From assembly GCA_051876105.1 (NCBI GenBank), contig JBJEHN010000106.1, forward strand, positions 1 through 55,930: 55,930 nucleotides of DNA. The letters run 5' to 3'. The DNA is from Coriobacteriales bacterium (lineage in GTDB: Bacteria > Actinomycetota > Coriobacteriia > Coriobacteriales > QAMH01). The position numbers and the translations under genes are program-made. Below are positions 17,913 through 25,444 of the stretch, piece after piece. The notes under the pieces were generated by a model. The model had not been told where the DNA came from, ran no database searches, and was given only the letters and a program-made list of their open reading frames with translations. Within the stretch, counting starts at the first letter, position 1; the number at the start of each line of letters is the position of its first letter.

Positions 17913-18968
17913 CTAGATGTTGAAGATCTTTGCGGCGTTGCCGCCGAGCATCAGGGCCTTGTCCTCATCGGCGATCTCGAGCGCGTTGATGGACTCGACG
18001 GAGCGGGCCATCCACTCGTAGAACACGGGGAAGGAAGAGCCCAGGAGCAGGTGATCGGCGCCACAGGTCTTGACGGCGCACTCGAGGACGTTCTTGCCCC
18101 AGCTCATGGGATGGGTGAGGTCGAAGTAGATGTTGTTGGCCAGGTAGCGGTCGTAGGCCTCGCGGTCCACGTTGGTGGCCAGGCGGTTCATGGCCTCCTT
18201 CTTCTTGGTGGACTTGTGCGGAGCCAGGATCTCCTGCAGGCCGAACCAGTTGCCGCCCATCATGGTGTGGATGAACTTGAGGTTGGGGAACTCGTCGAAC
18301 ATACCAGAGTAGATCTCGCGGCCGACTGCGGAGGCCTGGACGTGGATGCGGCCAAGCTCGCGGCGCAGGACGGTGTAGTCGACAAAGTTGCCGTAGGCGT
18401 TCTGACCGGGGGTGTGGTGGATCACAGCGGGGATCTTCTTGTCGTTCAGGACCTTGAGGTAAGGCTTGAACAGCGGGTCATCCAGGAAGCGGTCGCCGTA
18501 GCAGCAAGCGAACTGAACGCCCACGGCACCCATGTCGATGCAACGCTCAAGCTCGGCGATGTCCTCCTTGCGACCGTACGGGGGCAGGACTGCGTTAAAG
18601 CGCAGGCGGCCCTCAGACTGGCGGCACATCTCGGCTGCCTGGTCGTTGACGATCTTGCAGATGTCCAGGGGCAGCCACTCCTGCCACACGGGCATGCGGA
18701 GCAGGGCGACGTCGACGCCGGCCTCATCCATGGCACCGATCTTGGCCTCGAGGGTGTAGTCGCCCTCGACGTAGTTGAGAATCTGCTTGCCCTCGGGATA
18801 CTCCAGGATCATCTGCTCCTTGGCGCCGTCCGGGGTCTTGCCCAGGTAAGCCTTCATGCCAAAGCCCAGCGGAGCGGAGTACAGGAAGCCGTTCAGGACC
18901 TTCTCGTTGGTGAAGAGGTCGGTGGGCAGCATGTGCATGTTGATGTCAATTACGCGGTTCTCGCTCAT
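17913..18968 (-). CDS. Amidohydrolase family 2 protein (decarboxylase/hydratase-like)
   Basis: 'MDEAGVDVA', 'PAVIHH', 'FDEFPNLKFIHTMMGG', 'GADHLLLGSSFP', 'LGGNAAKIF'. Confidence 0.85.
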   Translation of the reverse strand: MSENRVIDINMHMLPTDLFTNEKVLNGFLYSAPLGFGMKAYLGKTPDGAKEQMILEYPEGKQILNYVEGDYTLEAKIGAMDEAGVDVALLRMPVWQEWLPLDICKIVNDQAAEMCRQSEGRLRFNAVLPPYGRKEDIAELERCIDMGAVGVQFACCYGDRFLDDPLFKPYLKVLNDKKIPAVIHHTPGQNAYGNFVDYTVLRRELGRIHVQASAVGREIYSGMFDEFPNLKFIHTMMGGNWFGLQEILAPHKSTKKKEAMNRLATNVDREAYDRYLANNIYFDLTHPMSWGKNVLECAVKTCGADHLLLGSSFPVFYEWMARSVESINALEIADEDKALMLGGNAAKIFNI

Positions 18969-19042
18969 GTGATCACTCCTTCTTGACAGTAGGTGCGGTG
19001 CAACGCTGCTGAGAGGGGGCGCTGCACCGCCGGTGGGTGGTG

Positions 19043-19234
19043 CTAGTTCTGGTAGATCGGGGTGACCTCGCCGCGAGCCATCTTCTTCATGTTCTCGCTG
19101 CAGCGGACACGCCAGTCAACGCGACCCTGCTCGCGTGCCCACTCGGGGACCTCGCGGGAGAACTCGCGGGGTGCGCGCACGTCAACGTGCATCAGGCGCT
19201 CTGCCACCTCGTATCCAAAGCTGTCGTCAACCAT
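19043..19234 (-). CDS. Small hypothetical protein (63 aa)
   Basis: GGAAGGAGGG RBS; operon position after the Fe-S subunit. Confidence 0.6.
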   Translation of the reverse strand: MVDDSFGYEVAERLMHVDVRAPREFSREVPEWAREQGRVDWRVRCSENMKKMARGEVTPIYQN

Positions 19235-19297
19235 TTGATTACCCTCCTTCCAATGCTCTCTCGCGCTAACTGAAAACCAAGGCCTCGGGGCCTTGAG

Positions 19298-19642
19298 TTA
19301 GGCCTCCTTGATGGGGACCAGGATCATCCCCGGCTTGTCGATCTTCGCGGCCAGCTCCTCCACGCTGCCGTACTCCAGGCACTGGGCCTGGCAGTGCTGC
19401 ACGCAGCTGGGGCGCTTGCCCTTGGCCACGCGGGACTCGCACAGGTCGCACCAGCGGGTGAACTGGGGGATGAAGTCGAGCTGCCAGTCCTTCCTGCCCT
19501 CCGTGATCTGCAGGGGGCCCAGCTGGGTGATGGTGATGCCGTACTTGGTCTCGTCGTACTCCTTCTCCTGCTGGCAGGCGACAACACAGGCCTCGCAGCC
19601 GGAGCAGTAGTTGACGTCGCAGAGAACTCCCTTGATGGTCAT
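19298..19642 (-). CDS. Small 4Fe-4S subunit of Mo enzyme 3
   Basis: MTIKGVLCDVNYCSGCEACVVAC...CDLC...CVQHCQAQC; GAGGAG RBS. Confidence 0.9.
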   Translation of the reverse strand: MTIKGVLCDVNYCSGCEACVVACQQEKEYDETKYGITITQLGPLQITEGRKDWQLDFIPQFTRWCDLCESRVAKGKRPSCVQHCQAQCLEYGSVEELAAKIDKPGMILVPIKEA

Positions 19643-19668
19643 TTGCGTTTCTCCTCTCTGAGCTGCGC

Positions 19669-22089
19669 TTACGCCCTGTAGATCTTGCACATCATGGCCT
19701 TGTAGTTGGCGCCGAAGCCGGACACGCCCGCGTCGAAGGGCACGAGGTTGTTGATGTTGGACTCGAAGGTGCCGAACAGGCCCTTCTTCTCGTCCTCGAG
19801 GTTCTCCTCCGCCTGGTCCTTGCGCTCGGGGAACCACCAGCCGTGCTCGCACTGCATGACGCGCGGGTCGTAGGTGGGGTCGTAGCAGGCCTTGTACTTG
19901 CACTTGCCGTGCCTGTTCTCGAGCCACATCCAGTCGCCGTCGGCGATGCCGTGCTCAGCGGCGGTCTCGGGGTGGATGTGGCACAGCGGGTCGGGGTGCA
20001 GGGCGCGCAGCTTCCTCATCTGGCGCTGCTCGGAGTGGAAGAAGTGCGGGATGCGCTGGCCGCTGGTGACGATGTAGGGGTACTCCCCCAGGTCCTCGGG
20101 GGCGGAGTAGGGGCTCTCGGCGGGCTCGACGTAGGAGGGCAGCGGGTTGAGGCCGGACCACTGGGTGTGGTGGAAGACCATCGAGTAGACCTCGGCGCGG
20201 CCGGTCTCGGTCTGGAAGCCCAGGCCGCCGTCAGCGCGCAGCAGGCCCTTCTCGTACTTGCGGTACTCGAACTTGGGGTACTTCCAGACCTTCTCCTTGA
20301 GCTCCTCCCAGGTGAAGCCGCCGTCCTCGAGCGCGTAGTCCCACATCTCCTCGACGGAGTCCCAGGGCCATGCGATGTCGGCGTTCTCCGGGCGGATGGC
20401 CTCGTTGAGGCGCTTGCCCAGCTCCAGGAAGATCGTGTTGTCGGCCTTGGTGTCGCCCACCGGCTCGATGGCCTTGGTGATGGCGGAGATGCGGTAGGGG
20501 TTCAGGCCGCCGAAGCCGTTGCGCTCGGAGAAGGTGGCGGCGGGCAGGACCACGTCCGCCAGGGCCATCATGGTCGGGGTCATGAACAGGTCCTCGACCA
20601 CGGCGAACTCCAGCGTCTTGTACCACTCGAGCTGCCTTTCTGCCTGGGCGCCCATGGTGGCCAGGAAGTTGTTGGTGGCGAAGTAGGCCGCGCGGATGGG
20701 GAACTCGCCGGCGAGCCACTTCTCGATGGTGGCGTTGGAGGAGAGGTTCTTGAAGCCGACGGCGAACATCGGGTAGCGCTCGATGCCGATGCGCTTCTTG
20801 TGCTCCTCCTCGGTGAGCAGCTCGTCGTAGCCCCAGGTGCCGGTCCAGTTGGGCTGCTCGATGCCCCAGCACGCGCGGCCGATCACGTTGCCGCCGGGGA
20901 CGTCGAGGTTGCCGGTGATGCACCACATGGCGACCAGGGAGTGGGCCGCCTGCTGGCCGCCGGTCTGCTGGTCGAGCGCCACGCCCCACTGGATGGCGGC
21001 GGGCTTGGCGGTGGCGTAGGTGCGCGCCACGCGGACGATGTCCTCCTTGTCGACCCAGCAGCGCTCGGCCAGCTCGTCGAGGTCGTACTCGCCCACGCGC
21101 TCGCACAGGGCGTCGAGGCCGTAGACCCACTTGTCGCAGAAGTCGGCGTCGTAGAGCCTCTCGTCGCAGATGACCTTGAGCATGGCCATGGCCAGGGCGC
21201 CGTCGCCGCCGGGGCGCACGCGCAGCCAGTCCTCGCCGGCGCGCGCGGCGATCCAGGTGAGGTTGGGGTCGACGACCGCGACCCTCATGCCGCGCTTCAT
21301 CAGGTCCATGATCCAGTGGCCGTAGAAGCCGTCGGCGTTGGAGTAGAAGGGCTGGTGGCCCCACACGATGCAGTACTCGGGCACCGCGTACTCGGGGTCG
21401 TCGTAGCGCTTGGGCAGGAACTGCGAGCAGTCCATGACGCAGGCGTCGCCGATCATGCACGCCATGGAGGCGATGCGGGGCAGGTAGCAGGAGTTGCCCG
21501 CGAAGTAGGGGACGCCCTCGTTGGGCGAGCCGATGGAGGCGTTGACGCGGGTGATCTGGTGGATGTCGCGGCCGGTGCCCTGGCAGCAGGCGATGGTGTC
21601 TGCGCCGTAGGTGTCCGCGACGCGCTTGAACTCGCGGACGATGATGTCGTAGGCCTCGTCCCAGCTGATGCGCTCGAAGCGGTCCTTGCCGCGGTCCTCG
21701 CGCTTGCGCTTCATGGGGTAGAGCAGGCGCTCGTCGTGGTAGATGTAGTCCGGGATGCACAGGCAGCGGCTGCACAGGCGGCCCTGGTTGTAGGGGTCCT
21801 CGGGGTCGCCCTCGACCTTGACGACCTTGCCGTCCTTCACGTAGGTGAGGATGCCGCACACGTTGTGGCAACCCGGGGCGGAGCGCGCCGTGGAGCGGAT
21901 GACGGTCATGCCGTCCTCCTCCCACGTCCAGGGGACGTCGGGGGTCTCGGCGCAGGGGGTGGGCTCGTAGCCGTACTCGGACTTGAGGGGCAGGCGCGTG
22001 CCGCGCTTGTACTCGCCCGGGGTGTAGCTGGGGTGGTTGGGGTCCAGCTGTCCGGGGGTGAAGGCGGCTGCTGTCTTTGCTTCTGCCAT
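19669..22089 (-). CDS. Molybdopterin oxidoreductase 3, catechol dehydroxylase-like catalytic subunit
   Basis: RSAPGCHNVCG, GRLCSRC, AGNSCYLPR, FHSEQRQ, HGWWFPE; start MAEAKT after an AGGAGG RBS; no Tat signal. Confidence 0.9.
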   Translation of the reverse strand: MAEAKTAAAFTPGQLDPNHPSYTPGEYKRGTRLPLKSEYGYEPTPCAETPDVPWTWEEDGMTVIRSTARSAPGCHNVCGILTYVKDGKVVKVEGDPEDPYNQGRLCSRCLCIPDYIYHDERLLYPMKRKREDRGKDRFERISWDEAYDIIVREFKRVADTYGADTIACCQGTGRDIHQITRVNASIGSPNEGVPYFAGNSCYLPRIASMACMIGDACVMDCSQFLPKRYDDPEYAVPEYCIVWGHQPFYSNADGFYGHWIMDLMKRGMRVAVVDPNLTWIAARAGEDWLRVRPGGDGALAMAMLKVICDERLYDADFCDKWVYGLDALCERVGEYDLDELAERCWVDKEDIVRVARTYATAKPAAIQWGVALDQQTGGQQAAHSLVAMWCITGNLDVPGGNVIGRACWGIEQPNWTGTWGYDELLTEEEHKKRIGIERYPMFAVGFKNLSSNATIEKWLAGEFPIRAAYFATNNFLATMGAQAERQLEWYKTLEFAVVEDLFMTPTMMALADVVLPAATFSERNGFGGLNPYRISAITKAIEPVGDTKADNTIFLELGKRLNEAIRPENADIAWPWDSVEEMWDYALEDGGFTWEELKEKVWKYPKFEYRKYEKGLLRADGGLGFQTETGRAEVYSMVFHHTQWSGLNPLPSYVEPAESPYSAPEDLGEYPYIVTSGQRIPHFFHSEQRQMRKLRALHPDPLCHIHPETAAEHGIADGDWMWLENRHGKCKYKACYDPTYDPRVMQCEHGWWFPERKDQAEENLEDEKKGLFGTFESNINNLVPFDAGVSGFGANYKAMMCKIYRA

Positions 22090-22236
22090 TCGTTCCTCCT
22101 TCGTGGTCTTGCGACTCTCTTCTCTCTCGCACCGGCCCTTGTAGGCCGGCCCTGCGATCTGCATCTGTGCCTCGCCCTCTGCTTGGCCCAGACTGCAAAA
22201 ATCGTCATCGCAGAGACTACGGGCGCTCATGTCAAG

Positions 22237-22317
22237 CACCCCCCGCTTGGGTGATGAAGAAGGCGAAATCAGCCCTGTTGAGTGAGCGCTGTTAGGCCCT
22301 CATACCAACGGTCTGAG
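22237..22317. promoter_or_regulatory. Three phased 19-bp operator-like boxes
   Basis: CACCCCCCGCTTGGGTGAT (22237), ATCAGCCCTGTTGAGTGAG (22268), CTCATACCAACGGTCTGAG (22299); starts exactly 31 bp apart. Confidence 0.55.
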
Positions 22318-22349
22318 GCCCTGAGCTGGGCAAACGCAAAGCAAGCGCC

Positions 22350-22380
22350 AAAAAAGGAGAGCCGCGTCATGCGCGGCTCC
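22350..22380 (-). terminator. Intrinsic terminator after the trigger-factor paralog
   Basis: GAGCCGCG/CGCGGCTC stem followed by a T-tract on the minus strand. Confidence 0.7.
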
Positions 22381-22414
22381 CCGGGGTGATGCGTGGTTGA
22401 GGCCGGCTTCTGGG

Positions 22415-23713
22415 CTAGTCCTCCTTGACGGTGACCACGGCGTTGGCGAGGACGTGGTCGGCGGCCTTGCGGCGCTCTGCAGTTTCACGCAGGACGAACC
22501 TGCGGCCCGTGGCCTCGAGCTGCGCCCTGGTCTGCGCCGGGTCAGCCTGAGGGTTGAGCTCGCGCGCTGCCTTGAGGTAGTCCTCATCTTCAAGCGTGAG
22601 CTTCTCGTGAGCGAAGACGCTGTCGAGCACGTAGCCTTGCACCAGCTGCTCGCGGCACTGCACCATCATCATCACGGAGAACTGCTGCTGGCCGCCGTTT
22701 TGCTCCACATAGTCCTTGTAGCTCACGCCCTGCTTGGAAAGCTGCTGGTCGAGCTCGCGCATGAGGTTGTCGCGCATGGCCTCGTAGGCTTCGTCCGGGA
22801 TGCGGCCCTCAAAGCGGTCCTCCAGCTCGAAGATGCACAGCTGGCGGCACTGGGCGTCGTAGGCCTCGCGGCTCTGGGCCTCGAGGCTCTTGCGGATATC
22901 CGCCTTGAGCTCGTCGACGCTCTTGAACACGGGCATGTTCGCAGCGAGCCAGCTGTTGGTGATGGCGGGGATGCACTCGACCTGGATCTCGATCACAGTG
23001 GCTGTGGTCTCGACCGTGGTGGTGGTCTCGTTGCCGGCCATGTCAACGTCCGGGCCCTCGAAGGTGAAGGTCTTGGTCTCGCCCGGCTTCATGCCGATGA
23101 TTTGCTCGTCGAAGCCCTGGGGCATGTAGCCCTGGCCGGTGACGTAGGTGCGCGCGGCACTGCTCAGGCCCGCGTTGCGCTTGCCGTTCTCAAAGCTCTC
23201 CATTTCGAGCAAGACGGCGTCGCCGCTGCGGACCTCGTGCTGCTCGGCCGCGCGGGTGTAGGTAGTGGAGCGCTTGGCGAGCTCTTCGAGCTGGCGCTCA
23301 ACCAGGCTCTCGTCCACCTTGAACGGCGGAACGGTGATATGGACGGGCTCGTAGGAGCTGAGCACGTAGTTGGGCTTGGGCAGCAGCTCCAGGGTGAAGC
23401 TCGCCTCCGCGCCGCGGCGCAGCGGGGTGGCGCTCTTGACCTCGGGCGGGAAGGCCGGCATCAGACCGCTGCGGTCGATGGCGTAGGGGATCAGGCACTC
23501 GAGTGCGGAGTCGCGCACGACGGAGTCGAGGTCCTTGATACCTAGCTTCTCCTCGACGATCTGGTTGACGGTCTTGCCCTTCTCGGGACGCAGGCCCGCG
23601 CCGTTCACAAACTGGAGGTAGGCGTTTGCAAAGGCGTCCTCAACCTCTTTGGCAGTTGCGCGCGCATCGAGCTGGATGCGCCCCTCGGGTAACTTCTTCT
23701 CCTTGATCTTCAC
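22415..23713 (-). CDS. tig: Trigger factor-like chaperone (paralog)
   Basis: FKBP-like 'GQGYMPQGFDEQIIGMKPGETKTF', 'FKSVDELKADIRKSLE' and C-domain; lacks the canonical GFRxGxxP loop. Confidence 0.8.
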   Translation of the reverse strand: MKIKEKKLPEGRIQLDARATAKEVEDAFANAYLQFVNGAGLRPEKGKTVNQIVEEKLGIKDLDSVVRDSALECLIPYAIDRSGLMPAFPPEVKSATPLRRGAEASFTLELLPKPNYVLSSYEPVHITVPPFKVDESLVERQLEELAKRSTTYTRAAEQHEVRSGDAVLLEMESFENGKRNAGLSSAARTYVTGQGYMPQGFDEQIIGMKPGETKTFTFEGPDVDMAGNETTTTVETTATVIEIQVECIPAITNSWLAANMPVFKSVDELKADIRKSLEAQSREAYDAQCRQLCIFELEDRFEGRIPDEAYEAMRDNLMRELDQQLSKQGVSYKDYVEQNGGQQQFSVMMMVQCREQLVQGYVLDSVFAHEKLTLEDEDYLKAARELNPQADPAQTRAQLEATGRRFVLRETAERRKAADHVLANAVVTVKED

Positions 23714-23820
23714 GGTAGTCCCTCTCTACTCGGGAAATAAGCTGCCCCGGATACTAGCCGCGCGGGCTAGACCCCCTATCCCCCACGTCAGTTGAATCTG
23801 GACCGCAGAGTCCAGGGCGT

Positions 23821-23839
23821 CTCATACCAGGAGTCTGAT
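23821..23839. promoter_or_regulatory. 19-bp imperfect palindrome (shared operator-like motif)
   Basis: CTCATACCAGGAGTCTGAT, 15/19 identical to the box at 22299. Confidence 0.5.
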
Positions 23840-23870
23840 ACAGCCCAAAAGCGCCTGTAAGCCGCTTCCC

Positions 23871-24010
23871 GTCATCCTGAGCGCAGCGCCGAAGGCGCGG
23901 AGTCGAAGGATCTCGAGTTGAGCTGCGAGACCGTGGCTCGATCGCAGCCGTCTCGCAGCTCTGTTGGAGATCCTTCGACTCCGGCGCTGCGCGCCTCCGC
24001 GCAGGATAAC
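23871..24010. repeat. REP-like palindromic repeat, copy 4
   Basis: GTCATCCTGAGC...GGAGTCGAAGGATCTC / GAGATCCTTCGACTCC...GCAGGATAAC. Confidence 0.85.
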
Positions 24011-24052
24011 GGGGAGGTTAGCCCAGCAGGACCTTCGTTCTAGGCTCAGGGA

Positions 24053-25021
24053 CTACTCGGCGGTGGTGGTGAGGGTGCCCTCTTGGTCGATGAAGACGGC
24101 GAGTTGGATGCCTTCACAGGAGCGGGCGAAGGCGAGACCCTCCTGGACCCCCAGGGCGCACAGCGTGGTGGAGTAGCCGTCTGCCACAAAGCTGCTGGCA
24201 GCCACGATAGTCGCGCTCAATGCGTCTGGGGTGATGGGCCAGCCGGTGCGCGGGTTGAGGATGTGGGAGTAGCGCGTGCCGTCTGGCGCGGTGAAGCAGC
24301 GCTCCGTGAGGCCGCTGGTGACAACGGAGCCCTCGAAGAGCTGCACGGAGGCCAGGGTCTGCCCTGGGGTGCGGGGGTCGCGGATGCCGATTGAGAAGGG
24401 TGTGCCGTCTGGACGGCCGCCGCGCACGGCGATGTTGCCGCCGAGGTTCACCACGAAGCTGCACAGCCCGGCGGCGGCCAGCTGCTCGCAGAGGCGGTCT
24501 GCGATGTAGCCCTTGGCGGTGCCGCCCACGTCGACCGAAGCCTGCGGGTCGGCCAGCTGCGCCCAGCGCTGCCCTGGGGCGCCGCCCAGCTGCAGCTGCT
24601 CCCACCCCACATGCTGCAGGGCAGCGCTGATGCGGGCCTGGCTGGGGAAGCGGCCGCTTTTGAAGTCCCAGAGCGCCAAGACCGGGCCGAGCGTGATGTC
24701 GAAGCACCCCTGCGAGCTGCGGCAGAAGCCGACGCTGCCCTCGAGGAGGCGGAAACTGTCCTCGCTGAGCTGCACGCGCGCGCCGCCGGCTGCGTTGAGG
24801 AGCGAGACCTCGCTGTGCGGCAGGGTCTTTGAGAAGAGGCGCTCAAAGCGGCGGCAGGTGTCTCGTGCGGCGAGCAGCGCGGGCTCCACTCGCTCGCGCG
24901 GGCCGTAGGCGCTCAAGCGCGCGAAGGTGTTGAAGGCAAGGAACTCGCAGCGGTGCGGCGCGCCCGGGGCGTCTGAGGGCTCGAAGCTCCAGCACTCTTC
25001 GAACGGAATTGCGTCAAGCAC
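24053..25021 (-). CDS. apbE: FAD:protein FMN transferase (ApbE family), no signal peptide
   Basis: 'FDITLGP', 'DVGGTAKGYIAD', 'NLGGNI', 'SVVTSG', 'HILNPRTGWP', 'ADGYSTT'. Confidence 0.9.
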   Translation of the reverse strand: MLDAIPFEECWSFEPSDAPGAPHRCEFLAFNTFARLSAYGPRERVEPALLAARDTCRRFERLFSKTLPHSEVSLLNAAGGARVQLSEDSFRLLEGSVGFCRSSQGCFDITLGPVLALWDFKSGRFPSQARISAALQHVGWEQLQLGGAPGQRWAQLADPQASVDVGGTAKGYIADRLCEQLAAAGLCSFVVNLGGNIAVRGGRPDGTPFSIGIRDPRTPGQTLASVQLFEGSVVTSGLTERCFTAPDGTRYSHILNPRTGWPITPDALSATIVAASSFVADGYSTTLCALGVQEGLAFARSCEGIQLAVFIDQEGTLTTTAE

Positions 25022-25172
25022 AAGCTCCCCTTCGTTTTAGTCTGACAGCGTCAAAAATCCTAGCATGAAGAGAATGCTAATAAGATCAATTTTCGTTAGG
25101 CTATAATCTCACTATTCGTTAATGTACACAGCCGCGTTGACGAGGGCGCGCCGAACCCAGCATTGGAGGGCC

Positions 25173-25382
25173 ATGAAGATCGGAACGAGCAACATCCTCG
25201 AAGGGACGATCGTCTACGTGCACGAAGGTGCCGTCAACGGCACCGTCGGCATCGAGCTTCCCTCTGGGCAGGTCATCTCCTCGAGCATCACGATGAACTC
25301 CATCGAGGAGCTTGGGCTCGAGGTTGGGATGATGGCCTACGCCTGCATCAAGGCAACCGACGTCATCATCTGTACGGACTAG
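25173..25382 (+). CDS. mop: TOBE-domain molybdate-binding protein (Mop/molbindin)
   Basis: MKIGTSNILEG...GAVN...SITMNSIEELGLEVG...IKATDVII; GGAGG RBS and TATAAT at 25102. Confidence 0.85.
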   Translation: MKIGTSNILEGTIVYVHEGAVNGTVGIELPSGQVISSSITMNSIEELGLEVGMMAYACIKATDVIICTD

Positions 25383-25444
25383 CACTCCCCCAATTCGCCA
25401 AACCCACCTGAAGCGCCTGCCCTCCGCAGGCGCATCTTCTTCGT

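Noticed and set aside
19298-22089. Apparently more extreme GC3 in Mo enzyme 3 suggesting separate acquisition
   Set aside because: Impression only; it cannot be quantified by eye and high expression would also explain it
986-24010. Repeats as a CRISPR array or structural RNA genes
   Set aside because: Dispersed hairpins without repeat-spacer periodicity, no cas genes, no tRNA/rRNA signatures
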